From Candidatus Zhuqueibacterota bacterium (GTDB lineage Bacteria > Zhuqueibacterota > Zhuqueibacteria > Oceanimicrobiales > Oceanimicrobiaceae): a stretch of 64,000 nt of DNA. Both the position numbers and the translations under genes were made by a program. The DNA is taken from assembly GCA_029262055.1 (NCBI GenBank), contig JAJDAD010000034.1, forward strand, positions 102,430-166,429, given 5' to 3'. Below are positions 30,218-39,487 of this stretch, one piece after another (position 1 is the stretch's first letter; every line of letters begins with the position of its first letter). The notes under the pieces were generated by a model, which worked only from the letters and a program-made list of their open reading frames with translations, was not told the DNA's origin and searched no databases.

Positions 30218-30368
30218 CCACGAAGTTCACGAAGGGCACGAAGAAAAAACCTGTATTCGCCGAGGAGTGGTCATCCTCAAGTACTTAGATCCATGAAGAT
30301 TACAGTGCCATGGTGCACAAGATTTCAAATCTCTTTTTCTTCCTTCGTGAACTTCGTGTGCTTCGTGG
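30218..30368. repeat. inverted pair of triple 9-bp iteron arrays (3x NNCACGAAG at 30218-30243; 3x inverted at 30343-30368) flanking ~100 bp
   Basis: Arm 1 is ccacgaag-ttcacgaag-ggcacgaag. The reverse complement of arm 2 is ccacgaag-cacacgaag-ttcacgaag. That gives six CACGAAG heptamers in 150 bp. Confidence 0.55.
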
Positions 30369-30416
30369 TTAAGAACTAATCCGAATTGCACGCTTTTATA
30401 TGTTATTGCTCTCAAG

Positions 30417-30456
30417 GAGATTAACCTTGATTCTCTGCAAGTTCATGAATTATTCA
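30417..30456 (+). repeat. 40-bp intergenic direct repeat, copy 2
   Basis: 85% identical to 30178-30217; lies 60 bp upstream of the radC start. Confidence 0.6.
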
Positions 30457-30515
30457 GGTAGATGAAGGAGGGCATCTTGCGATGATCGTCAGGCTCACTA
30501 ATCCCGACTTCTGCT

Positions 30516-31223
30516 GTGTCGGCGGGTATTAACTTGGCAAGATACACACCGAAAATTCCCGACTGGCCCGAAAGCGAACGCCCACGCGAACGCCTGATCA
30601 AATTTGGCGCTGCCGGCCTGTCGGATGCCGAGATTCTGGCGATTTTGCTAAGAGTCGGAAATCATGAGACCACCGCAATCGATCTTGCACGTCACATCAT
30701 AAACGATTTCGGCGGATTTCGTGGCCTGGACTCGCGATCAGTGGCGGAACTGTGCGAAGTGGCTGGCGTCGGACCGGCCAAAGCAGCGCAAATAAAGGCT
30801 GCAATCGAACTGGGGAAACGCTTATTTCTTGAGGAAGCTGCACCCCAAAGTAAAGTAGAGAGCAGCGAAGATGTTTTCAAACTTGTCAGCCCACATCTAC
30901 AGAATTTGAACCACGAAGTTTTCAGGATTCTGCTGCTTACCAGCCGCAACGCGGTCATCGCCGACAAAGTCATGTTTGCAGGCAGTTTGACTGAGAGCAT
31001 CGTCAGCCCGCGTGAGATCATAAAAGAGGCAATCAATCAGGCAGCGGCTTCCGTGGTTTTTGTCCATAATCATCCCTCGGGGGACCCTGCACCGAGCAAT
31101 GAGGACAAGCGCGTAACCAGCCATCTCAAGCAAGCTTGTGAAATGGTCGGCGTAAATGTGCTGGACCATATTATTGTGGCAAATTCAAAGTACTATAGTT
31201 TTGCTGATTCAGGCTTGTTCTAA
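30516..31223 (+). CDS. radC: RadC-family JAB/MPN-domain protein
   Basis: N-terminal helix-hairpin-helix region (ERPRERL...LSDAEILAILLRVG) and a C-terminal JAMM motif HNHPSGDPAPSNED. Confidence 0.85.
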   Translation: MSAGINLARYTPKIPDWPESERPRERLIKFGAAGLSDAEILAILLRVGNHETTAIDLARHIINDFGGFRGLDSRSVAELCEVAGVGPAKAAQIKAAIELGKRLFLEEAAPQSKVESSEDVFKLVSPHLQNLNHEVFRILLLTSRNAVIADKVMFAGSLTESIVSPREIIKEAINQAAASVVFVHNHPSGDPAPSNEDKRVTSHLKQACEMVGVNVLDHIIVANSKYYSFADSGLF

Positions 31224-31326
31224 ATCGTACCCCGCTGTACTTTTCAAAAAAAGCATTATATTGACTGACTTGTCACAGTGGACAACTCGGCGCATTTAGC
31301 TAATTCAATACACAACGGGAAAATCA

Positions 31327-32715
31327 ATGAAACTGCTCAAGACACTTGGCCTGCGTGACATCGTTTTGCTTAACGTTACCGCAATCGTGGGATTGCGCTG
31401 GATTTCGCTTGCCGCGGCAGGCGGAAACTCTTCGATGGTTTTGTGGTTTGCGGCGCTCGGGCTTTTTTTTCTGCCCCAGGCGTTTGCCGTCATCGAGTTG
31501 ACCCGTCGGCTTCCGGGCGAGGGCGGCGTTTACCTCTGGACCAAGACTGCTTTTGGGGATTTTCACGGATTCATGTCCGGCTGGTGTTACTGGACCAACA
31601 ATCTGGTTTATTTCCCGAATCTACTGGTCTATGTTGCAGGTATCTCGGTGTTCGTTGCCGGCAGCGGGTATCAGGCCGTGGGCGAAAACAAAATCTACGT
31701 GGTTTGCTTTTCGCTGGCCATGTTGTGGGCAGTGATGATTTTTAACGTGTTGGGTTTAAGGCTTGGCAGGTGGGTCCACAATCTGGGTGGCGTGGGCACC
31801 TGGATGGCCGGTGCAGCTCTCATCGTGTTCGGCTGCATTGCGTTGTTTCGTTTCGGTTTGGCAAATCCAATGCCGGCGGATTCGTTCTTTGCAGGCATTT
31901 TGACCGGAGACAAGCTATCATTTTGGGCGTCGATGTGCTTTGGCTTTGCCGGGCTGGAACTGGCTTCGGTGCTGGCTGGAGAGGTGAAAGACGCGCAACG
32001 CACCATCCCCAGGGCCGTGATATTGTCTGGTGTAGTGATCGCGGTGATTTATGTCATAGGCACGTTTGCGCTTCTGGTGGCGCTGCCCGCAAGTGAAATC
32101 AGTATCGTCGCCGGTATCCTGCAGGGGATTGCCAGCGTGGCGCACAAGGTTGGTTTCGGCTGGGCGTCAAACATCATAGCTTTGTTCATCACGCTTGGCG
32201 GAATGGGTGGCTTGATGGCGTGGTTTACAGGAGCAGCGCGCATACCGTTTGTGGCAGGCGTGGACAAGTATCTGCCGGAAAAGTTCGGGAAAATTCACCC
32301 GAAGTACGGGACGCCTTATGTCGCAGTCGTGGTGCAGGGATTGATCGCGACTCTTTTCATCATTATGAGTTTCATTGGTTCAACTGTCGAAGAGGCCTAC
32401 CTAATTCTCATCGACACGACATTGTTGGTCTATTTCATTCCGTATGTCTACATATTTTTGGCGTATATCGTGCTGAGAATGCGCGGAACAAGCGACTCCA
32501 ACGTTGTGACTGTTCCGAAGAGCCATGCTCTGGCATATTTGCTGGGCGTTTGCGGATTCGCGACGGCCGTCGCCGCCATGGTTTTTTCTCTGATACCATC
32601 AGCGGATGTGGGAAACGTTCTGCTTTACGAAACAAAAGTTGTCGGCGGATTCCTGATGTTCGTCGTGGTGGGAGCCGTCATCTACTGGAGTAAGTCTCGT
32701 AAACAAGCACGCTAA
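31327..32715 (+). CDS. APC-superfamily amino acid permease
   Basis: 462 aa, ~12 TM segments, typical APC N-terminal consensus (FFLPQAFAVIELTRRLPGEGGVYLW). Confidence 0.85.
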   Translation: MKLLKTLGLRDIVLLNVTAIVGLRWISLAAAGGNSSMVLWFAALGLFFLPQAFAVIELTRRLPGEGGVYLWTKTAFGDFHGFMSGWCYWTNNLVYFPNLLVYVAGISVFVAGSGYQAVGENKIYVVCFSLAMLWAVMIFNVLGLRLGRWVHNLGGVGTWMAGAALIVFGCIALFRFGLANPMPADSFFAGILTGDKLSFWASMCFGFAGLELASVLAGEVKDAQRTIPRAVILSGVVIAVIYVIGTFALLVALPASEISIVAGILQGIASVAHKVGFGWASNIIALFITLGGMGGLMAWFTGAARIPFVAGVDKYLPEKFGKIHPKYGTPYVAVVVQGLIATLFIIMSFIGSTVEEAYLILIDTTLLVYFIPYVYIFLAYIVLRMRGTSDSNVVTVPKSHALAYLLGVCGFATAVAAMVFSLIPSADVGNVLLYETKVVGGFLMFVVVGAVIYWSKSRKQAR

Positions 32716-32733
32716 GCTAACGCGAGGACAAAA

Positions 32734-33000
32734 ATGTGCCGCAACATAAAGACGCTGTTTAACTTCGAGCCACCCGCCACTGATGACGAAATCCGGGCGG
32801 CATCCGTGCAATTTGTACGCAAGCTGAGCGGTTTCACGAAACCGTCCAGAGCCAACGAGGCTGTTTTCGAGCAAGCCGTGCTCGACGTTGCCGAGATTGC
32901 GAGTCATCTTCTAAACTCCCTGGTAACAAACGCTCCGTCCCGCAACCGCGAAGCAGAAGCGGCCAAAGCGCGAGAGCGCAACGCAAGACGATTTGCTTGA
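32734..33000 (+). CDS. DUF2277-family small protein
   Basis: From memory, this family begins MCRNIKTLFNFEPPATD[D/E]EIRAA...FVRK.SGF.KPS.ANE; the ORF matches that pattern; 88 aa. Confidence 0.55.
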   Translation: MCRNIKTLFNFEPPATDDEIRAASVQFVRKLSGFTKPSRANEAVFEQAVLDVAEIASHLLNSLVTNAPSRNREAEAAKARERNARRFA

Positions 33001-33315
33001 CACGGCCTGGCCCTCCCTTTTGCCCCGCACTCTTTTCCCGCACGGTTCGACTCCCCTATTTTCAGGATTTGAAGAAAACGACATTTTAGGAAGTTCGGCG
33101 GGCTTTTACACGATGTATCATTAAGAGAATCAGGCCAGTCAGATTCAATGAAGTGCTGTGCCGCACCGTGTGCATATTTCTCGTGAGTACATAGTGTGAG
33201 CGAGTCCTGGCATTTTCACGAAAACTCTTCTGGCTATACGCCAAGCAATTTCCAATTAATACTGTTCTGTTGACCGGGAACAGGAGCCGCAATGCCACAG
33301 TGAGGCGGTTGGCGG

Positions 33316-33693
33316 TTGCGACTTTTCCCGTGTTGTGGAGATAAGCAAAAAAGAATGACTGGCATCAAGATCAACGATTTGCAGCTGGGGATGGAGCTGG
33401 ATGAACCTGTCCGGAACTTACAGGGCAAAGTACTGTTCGATGCCGGCAGTGCGATAACGGAAAAGCACGTCAAGGCGCTCAAGGCCTGGGGTGTCACCGA
33501 GGTCCAGATCGTTGATTTCAGTGCAAGGGATACGGCGTTGCCTGGTGACGTCAAAGACGAGGAAGAAACCGAGGCTAAGCAGGGGTCAATGATAGAGGCA
33601 CGAGTGCAGGATTTGTTTAAAATGACAGACTGTGAGGATCCCGTGATTCAGGAACTATATCGCCTTGCGCTTGCGCGTGCAGGTGCGGAGTAG
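33316..33693 (+). CDS. small DUF3391-like domain protein (N-terminal module of HD-GYP/HDOD signalling proteins)
   Basis: Pattern I.I.DLQLGMELDEPV....GKVLFDAGSAITEKHVKALKAWGVTEVQIV resembles DUF3391. The track start is a TTG; the ATG at 33355 (MTGIK...) is the more likely start. Sits 10 nt upstream of the HDOD gene. Confidence 0.45.
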   Translation: MRLFPCCGDKQKRMTGIKINDLQLGMELDEPVRNLQGKVLFDAGSAITEKHVKALKAWGVTEVQIVDFSARDTALPGDVKDEEETEAKQGSMIEARVQDLFKMTDCEDPVIQELYRLALARAGAE

Positions 33694-33702
33694 GACAACA
33701 AG

Positions 33703-34548
33703 ATGGACGATGTGAAAACCCTTGTTCGTAGTGTCAAGAGTATATCCAGTTTACCCACTGTGTTCATCAAAGTGGGCGAGTTGATAGAAGACCCGGAAAG
33801 TTCTGCAGTGCAGGTGGGTCAGGTGATTGAGAATGACCCGGCCCTGACTTCCAAGTTACTCCAGTTGGCGAACTCGGCGTTTTACGGATTTCGAGGGCGC
33901 ATAGAAACGGTGACCAGGGCGGTGTCCATTATTGGTTTCAAGCAACTCAAGGACCTTGTCCTGGCAATATCGGTGCGATCCACCTTCGGAGAGTTTGAAG
34001 ATAACAGCATGCTGACCATGAAAAAATTCTGGGAGCATTGCATTGCCAGCGGGATTGCCTGCAGGGTGTTGTCGGTCTATCAGGGCAATCGCGCCTGCGA
34101 AAGCGCATTTGTCGCCGGATTCCTACACGACCTCGGGCGTCTGCTCTTGTTGGAACGTTATCCGGAAAAATGTCTGCGGATCTACGAAATTGCCCGGGAG
34201 GAAGGCAGAGCACCCGAGGAAATCGAAAGAGAGGTTTTCGGTTTCACACACGCTGATGTCGGGTCCGAGCTGGTGCGGACCTGGAATCTCCCGGCTTCGC
34301 TCGCCGCCGCCATCGCTTTCCACCATTGCCCTTCGCAAGCGAACGAGCACGCGAAACTGGCATCGATTGTACACGTTGCAGACGTCATCGTGCATTCATG
34401 CGAAATGGGGACAAGCGGCAACTTCCGTGTTCCAGCGCTCGATAAGGAGGCATGGAAGGCAACCGGACTCAAAAGCAGTGCCTTAAACCCAGCAGTCCTA
34501 AAACTACATGAGCAATTCGAAGAAACAACCGCTTTCTTCCTGAACTGA
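33703..34548 (+). CDS. HDOD-domain signalling protein
   Basis: HDOD consensus over the first ~200 aa (PTVFIKVGELIEDPESSAVQVGQVIENDPALTSKLLQLANSAFYGF...VSIIGFKQLKDLVLAISV). Confidence 0.75.
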   Translation: MDDVKTLVRSVKSISSLPTVFIKVGELIEDPESSAVQVGQVIENDPALTSKLLQLANSAFYGFRGRIETVTRAVSIIGFKQLKDLVLAISVRSTFGEFEDNSMLTMKKFWEHCIASGIACRVLSVYQGNRACESAFVAGFLHDLGRLLLLERYPEKCLRIYEIAREEGRAPEEIEREVFGFTHADVGSELVRTWNLPASLAAAIAFHHCPSQANEHAKLASIVHVADVIVHSCEMGTSGNFRVPALDKEAWKATGLKSSALNPAVLKLHEQFEETTAFFLN

Positions 34549-34580
34549 GCTGAGTTTTTTACCAAAAGAATCCTTATGGC

Positions 34581-36887
34581 ATGGGCGATTCTAAAATAAA
34601 ATATCTTGAAAAGAGAGTGGCACACCTGGAAAAGGTCAACCAGAAGGTGCTTGCCGCCCTTGAATCCATAAAGAGTATTGCCAGATTTCAGAGTAAAATC
34701 GGTAACAAGTATGACCTGTCTCGAATTTTGGAAGAGAGCAGAGACGAAATACTGCACCTGATCAATTTTAAGAGTGTGACCTTTTTTCTTTATGATGAAG
34801 AATCTGTCGAGTTCATCCCGCAGCACTTTTATCCTGCTTTCCTGAAAGAAGATCTGCAAAAGGAAATTGACAAACAAATCGAGCAGGGTATGTTTGCCTG
34901 GGCTCTGGGCCAGAATGCTCCGGTGGTGACCAAGCCACTGCATCTGGATACGGGTCATGAGATTGTCCTGCATGCCCTGGCGGCTGACAATGATACGTTC
35001 GGGATGTTTGTGGGGCAATTGTCAGTTGCGAAAAAACATATCGACAGTGAGACTCTGGATGTCCTGAACATCGCCCTGATGACTACCTCCCTGGCGGTGG
35101 AAAATGCCCGGCTCTACCACGGTATTGAAGAGGCCAACAGCAGCTTGCAACGCAGGGTGGAAGCGAGAACAGCGGCGCTCGCTCAGCTGAATAGCGAACT
35201 ACAGGACGAGATTGCCGACAGGAAACGAATAGAAGAAGAATTGCAGGCGGCCAAAGATCAGGCGGAGTCCAGCAGCAAAGCCAAGAGTGAATTTCTGGCC
35301 AATATGAGCCATGAAATCCGCACGCCAATGAACGCGATCATCGGCATGACGGACCTCACCCTGGAAACGGACTTGACTCAGGAACAAAGAGAGAACGTCG
35401 ACGTTGTCGCATCTGCTTCAGAGGGTCTGCTCAACCTCATCAACGATATCCTGGATTTTTCAAAAATTGAAGCTGGTCAGATAGAGTTGGAGGATGTGGA
35501 TTTCAGTGTGGCTGATCTCGTGACCGAGGTGGTCAAGATTCTCGCGGTCGGAGCTGAAAAGAAGAACTTAAGACTGCTTTCCGATGTCGCCTCTGACATT
35601 CCTGATAAGGTTGTTGGGGACTCGACCAGGATACGGCAGATACTATTGAATCTTGCCAACAACGCGATCAAATTCACCGACACGGGTGAGGTTGCCCTCG
35701 AAGTTAAGATAAATCAGACGGTGGTCGGTCCAGCCCGACCTGACGCTGAACTGGATCTGCACTTTTCAGTACGCGATACAGGCATAGGGATTTCGACCGA
35801 GAATCTTCAGAAAATCTTCGACAAGTTCTCTCAAGCTGACAGCTCGATGAATCGCAGATTCGGCGGGACCGGGCTGGGTTTAAGTATTTCCAAGCGGCTG
35901 GTTGGGCTAATGGGCGGCGAAATGTGGGTGGAAAGCCAACCGGAAAAGGGAAGCACATTTCATTTTAACCTGATTCTCCCTGCCGTGCACGGCCAGGAGT
36001 CAAAGGCATTGGAGCCGCTGGAACGAACAGCCCTGGTTGTTAGCGCGAATGACACGAATCGTCTCATTCTTGCCAGGACCCTGAACAGGCAAGAATTCAA
36101 AGTGTATCAGGGAACAAGCATCCAAAGCGCTCTTTCTGTTTTGAAGAAGTCATCACCACAGGTTAACGTCGCTTTCTTGGATCATGACATGCCCGCAATG
36201 GATGGTATCGAGCTTGCGAAGAAAATCCGAGCAGATGAAAGCTACTCCGCTTTGCGAATCATCATGCTCTGCCCGGGTGATTCGGCAAGCCGGGAGGAAT
36301 TAGAGGGAGTTGCTATCTCGGATTGCTTAATCAAACCGGTTAAGCAGGCGAAGCTGCTCGATTGTATCAAAGATCTCAGCGCTAAACCGAAAGCACCAAA
36401 GATAGTTGCGGCGGGTAGGAGTGACAAAAAGAACACAGCGTCTCAGGCCGGCTTGATCCTCGTCGCGGAAGACAGTCCGGTGAGCCAGAAAATTGCCTGT
36501 AAGGTTTTGGAAAAAGAAGGATATTCCGTGGATCTGGCAGAGAACGGTAAGAAGGCTGTCGGACTGGCGCGCGACCGAACCTATGACTTGGTCCTGATGG
36601 ATGTCTGCATGCCTGTCATGGATGGTCTGGAAGCGACACAGGAGATTAGGGAGTTTGAGCGAACTTCAGGCAAAAGCCCGGTTCCCATTGTCGCGTGGAC
36701 GTCACAGACCATAGCCGAGTATCGTGAACAGTGCCTGAGCCACGGCATGGATGACTACCTGTCAAAAGCGGTGCACCAGGCCGGTTTGCTGGAAATGGCA
36801 AACAAGTGGATTGGCAATCCGGTCGCAGTACGGGTAGTCAACGATGTAACAGAAGGGAGGACCTTACGGCAGGTTGCCGACAGGTGA
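34581..36887 (+). CDS. hybrid sensor histidine kinase / response regulator (N-terminal GAF-like sensor, HisKA, HATPase_c, two receiver domains)
   Basis: H-box [21 protein letters not shown]-boxes ([26 protein letters not shown]), two REC domains with conserved Asp ([10 protein letters not shown]; [11 protein letters not shown]). Confidence 0.9.
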   Translation: MGDSKIKYLEKRVAHLEKVNQKVLAALESIKSIARFQSKIGNKYDLSRILEESRDEILHLINFKSVTFFLYDEESVEFIPQHFYPAFLKEDLQKEIDKQIEQGMFAWALGQNAPVVTKPLHLDTGHEIVLHALAADNDTFGMFVGQLSVAKKHIDSETLDVLNIALMTTSLAVENARLYHGIEEANSSLQRRVEARTAALAQLNSELQDEIADRKRIEEELQAAKDQAESSSKAKSEFLANMSHEIRTPMNAIIGMTDLTLETDLTQEQRENVDVVASASEGLLNLINDILDFSKIEAGQIELEDVDFSVADLVTEVVKILAVGAEKKNLRLLSDVASDIPDKVVGDSTRIRQILLNLANNAIKFTDTGEVALEVKINQTVVGPARPDAELDLHFSVRDTGIGISTENLQKIFDKFSQADSSMNRRFGGTGLGLSISKRLVGLMGGEMWVESQPEKGSTFHFNLILPAVHGQESKALEPLERTALVVSANDTNRLILARTLNRQEFKVYQGTSIQSALSVLKKSSPQVNVAFLDHDMPAMDGIELAKKIRADESYSALRIIMLCPGDSASREELEGVAISDCLIKPVKQAKLLDCIKDLSAKPKAPKIVAAGRSDKKNTASQAGLILVAEDSPVSQKIACKVLEKEGYSVDLAENGKKAVGLARDRTYDLVLMDVCMPVMDGLEATQEIREFERTSGKSPVPIVAWTSQTIAEYREQCLSHGMDDYLSKAVHQAGLLEMANKWIGNPVAVRVVNDVTEGRTLRQVADR

Positions 36888-37104
36888 AGACCCCGGCAGC
36901 CGCTGCACTACCACGACACAGAGTCCTGCCCGCGCCAGCCGCACCCTTTCCATTCAAGATTCCTTCAATTTTATTCTCTATGGACGTGGTTTGAGCGGTA
37001 GGCACGCGTCCTAAAACTCAATCCCCGTTTTTTCATCCTCAGTTCGTGGCTTTTCAGGCACGAATGACAAGTAGTTTTCAGGAACATTTATTTCAAAATA
37101 CCGC

Positions 37105-37133
37105 TTGAAATTTAAGGCCTCGTTCTTTATAAT
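37105..37133 (+). promoter_or_regulatory. candidate sigma70 promoter TTGAAA-17-TATAAT upstream of the aconitase-family gene
   Basis: 5/6 -35, 17-nt spacer, perfect -10; 45 nt upstream of the ATG at 37179. Confidence 0.4.
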
Positions 37134-37178
37134 GGTGCGGTCTTAACCAGCGAAAGAATTCGCGGAAGAGGAATCACA

Positions 37179-38453
37179 ATGGGCATGACATTAACTGAAA
37201 AAATTCTGGCAAATCGGGCAGGCATAAGCGAAGTCAAGCCAGGAGATTTGGTGATTTGCAAAATTGATATCGCGATGGCGACAGATATTTCGTCGCCCCT
37301 GACAATAAAGGTGTTTGAGGAAATGGGCGGCAGCCGGGTTTTCGACCGTGAGAAAGTACCGTTGGTGCACGACCACCTGGTACCCGCAAAGGACATCAAG
37401 TCCGCGGAATTTTCGAAGATGATGCGCAATTTTGCCGCGCAACAGGACATAGAGTACTACTACGAAGTAGGGCGCTCCGGGATTTCCCACCAGCTCTTGC
37501 CGGAACAAGGTTTGATTCATCCCGGTGATGTCGTGTTTGGCGCTGATTCCCACAGTACTACCTATGGCGGACTGGGGTGTTTTGCTACTGGCGTCGGCAG
37601 CACGGATATGGCGGCGGCATGGATTCTGGGAGAAAGTTGGCTGCGCGTGCCTGAGTCTATCAAAATCCGCTTCACCGGGAAACTGCAGGAATGGGTTTCC
37701 GCAAAAGATATGATGCTGCTTGTTTGCCGCGATTTGGGTTTGGAAGGCGGCACCTACCGCGCGCTGGAGTTCGGCGGACCAACCATCTCCGCCATGCCCA
37801 TGTATGACCGTTTTGTTTTTGCCAACATGACAATCGAGTGCGGCGGCAAGAACGGCGTCGTCATCCCGGATGACACGGTCCGGGAGTATCTGACCGGCCG
37901 GGCCAAAAAGCCCGCCGACGAGTGGGACTTTTTTGAGCCGGATGCGGATGCAACGTATTATCAGGAATTGAATTACGACATCAGTGATTTGCAGCCCATG
38001 GTGGCCAAACCAAATCTGCCGGGTAATGTCGTTTCCGTGTCAGAGGTTGACCCTGTGCCGGTCGACCAGGTTTACATCGGGTCGTGCACTAATGGTAAGA
38101 TCGAGGACCTGCGCATCGCAGCCAGTATACTCAAAGGTCAAAAAGTCAACAAGACAACTCGCATGGTTGTAGTCCCTGCAACCGAGCAAATATACCACGA
38201 AATGCTGACAGAAGGACTTGCCGAAGTCTTTCATGAAGCCGGCGCTTCTGTTGGGCCGCCGACCTGTGGCGCATGTTTCGGCGCGCACATGGGAGTGATG
38301 GCAAAGGATGAAGTCGGTGTCTTTACCACAAATCGGAATTTTGTAGGGCGCAACGGAGATACATCGGCACAGGTCTACCTGGTCAGCCCGGCCGTCGCGG
38401 CCGCAACCGCAATCCGTGGAGTCATCACCGACCCGCGCGACATTATGCATTAG
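37179..38453 (+). CDS. aconitase-family dehydratase large subunit (3-isopropylmalate dehydratase / homoaconitase LeuC-type, short archaeal-like form)
   Basis: 424 aa; aconitase catalytic-domain motifs incl. the Fe-S ligand region (GSCTNG, CGACFG); no LeuD/small subunit adjacent. Confidence 0.8.
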   Translation: MGMTLTEKILANRAGISEVKPGDLVICKIDIAMATDISSPLTIKVFEEMGGSRVFDREKVPLVHDHLVPAKDIKSAEFSKMMRNFAAQQDIEYYYEVGRSGISHQLLPEQGLIHPGDVVFGADSHSTTYGGLGCFATGVGSTDMAAAWILGESWLRVPESIKIRFTGKLQEWVSAKDMMLLVCRDLGLEGGTYRALEFGGPTISAMPMYDRFVFANMTIECGGKNGVVIPDDTVREYLTGRAKKPADEWDFFEPDADATYYQELNYDISDLQPMVAKPNLPGNVVSVSEVDPVPVDQVYIGSCTNGKIEDLRIAASILKGQKVNKTTRMVVVPATEQIYHEMLTEGLAEVFHEAGASVGPPTCGACFGAHMGVMAKDEVGVFTTNRNFVGRNGDTSAQVYLVSPAVAAATAIRGVITDPRDIMH

Positions 38454-38506
38454 CCTCGGACACAACAGGCGTATCCGGGGCAAAATGGAAAGGTTCTGGC
38501 ATTCAG

Positions 38507-39487
38507 TTGGCATCTCAGGAGGAAGTTAACGACCTCGTCATCATCGGCGCGGGTCCCAGTGGATTGGCCTGCGCCATAGCTGCTCATGAAAACGGCCTGC
38601 AATACGTGCTGTTGGACAAAGGCTGTCTGGTCAATGCTATTTTCAATTTTCCGCCGAATCTTATCTTCTTTTCAACTGCTGATTTACTGGAAATTGGGAG
38701 AGTACCCCTCATCATTTCCGACGAGAAACCCACTCGGACCGACTTGCTCAAGTATTACCGGTTGGTTAGCGAGCACTACGGGTTGAACATCAAGCTGTTC
38801 CACAATGTTTTGGCCGTCGCAGGGGACCATCCTCGCTTCGTCATCAATGTGGAAGACCGGCCGAACTTGGTGGCAAAGAATGTAGTGATTGCTACCGGAC
38901 AGTATGACCGGCCTAATCTGCTGGGAATTCCCGGGGAAGATCTCGACAAAGTGAGTCACTATTACACGGAGCCGCATAGTTTTTACAAAAAGAAGGTAGC
39001 CATTATCGGGGGGAAGAATTCTGCTGTTGAATTTGCGCTGGACCTTTATAAGAACAGCGTGGACGTGACTTTGATTCATCGGGGAGAGACCTTCGGGAAA
39101 TCGGTAAAATACTGGATCCGCCCGGATATTGAAAACCGCGTCAAGGAAGGAAAAATCAAAGCCATCTTCAACGCAACGGTGAAAGAGATTAGACCCGGGA
39201 GTATTGTTGTGGCGGACAGTGACGGAGAACAGGTGCTGGAAAACGATTTTGTGTTTGCCATGACGGGCTACCACCCGGACACGGATTTCCTGCAGCAGAT
39301 GGGAGTTGTGATTGGAGAAAGGCACACGCCTAAGCACGATCCGGAGACACTTGAAACTAATGTGCGCGGGATCTACGTTGCCGGCGTGGTCACCGTCGGA
39401 TCCGAAGGCAGCAAAGTCTTCATCGAAAACTCACGTGCGCATGGCAATCAAATCATAGGACATATACTAAATGGCCGCCAAGACTGA
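38507..39487 (+). CDS. YpdA-family FAD/NAD(P)-binding oxidoreductase (putative low-molecular-weight-thiol disulfide reductase-like)
   Basis: GAGPSGLACAIAA FAD motif; the block LVNAIFNFPPNLIFFSTADLLEIG closely matches the YpdA-family N-terminus as I remember it (no search run); second dinucleotide motif IIGGKNSAVEFA; 326 aa; TTG start. Confidence 0.65.
   Translation: MASQEEVNDLVIIGAGPSGLACAIAAHENGLQYVLLDKGCLVNAIFNFPPNLIFFSTADLLEIGRVPLIISDEKPTRTDLLKYYRLVSEHYGLNIKLFHNVLAVAGDHPRFVINVEDRPNLVAKNVVIATGQYDRPNLLGIPGEDLDKVSHYYTEPHSFYKKKVAIIGGKNSAVEFALDLYKNSVDVTLIHRGETFGKSVKYWIRPDIENRVKEGKIKAIFNATVKEIRPGSIVVADSDGEQVLENDFVFAMTGYHPDTDFLQQMGVVIGERHTPKHDPETLETNVRGIYVAGVVTVGSEGSKVFIENSRAHGNQIIGHILNGRQD

Noticed and set aside
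30218-30368. CRISPR array interpretation of the CACGAAG repeats
   Set aside because: Repeat units are only 9 bp, contiguous with no spacers, and arranged as inverted triple arrays; no cas genes nearby.
29918-30379. 153-aa + strand ORF spanning the end of the second T9SS gene and the repeat region
   Set aside because: Starts inside the T9SS gene in another frame and runs through the intergenic repeats; no RBS; more parsimoniously non-coding.
33030-33060. tRNA-like T-loop motif (acGGTTCGActCCcc) in the 33000-33316 spacer
   Set aside because: No matching D-arm, anticodon arm or acceptor stem could be built around it; an isolated motif match.
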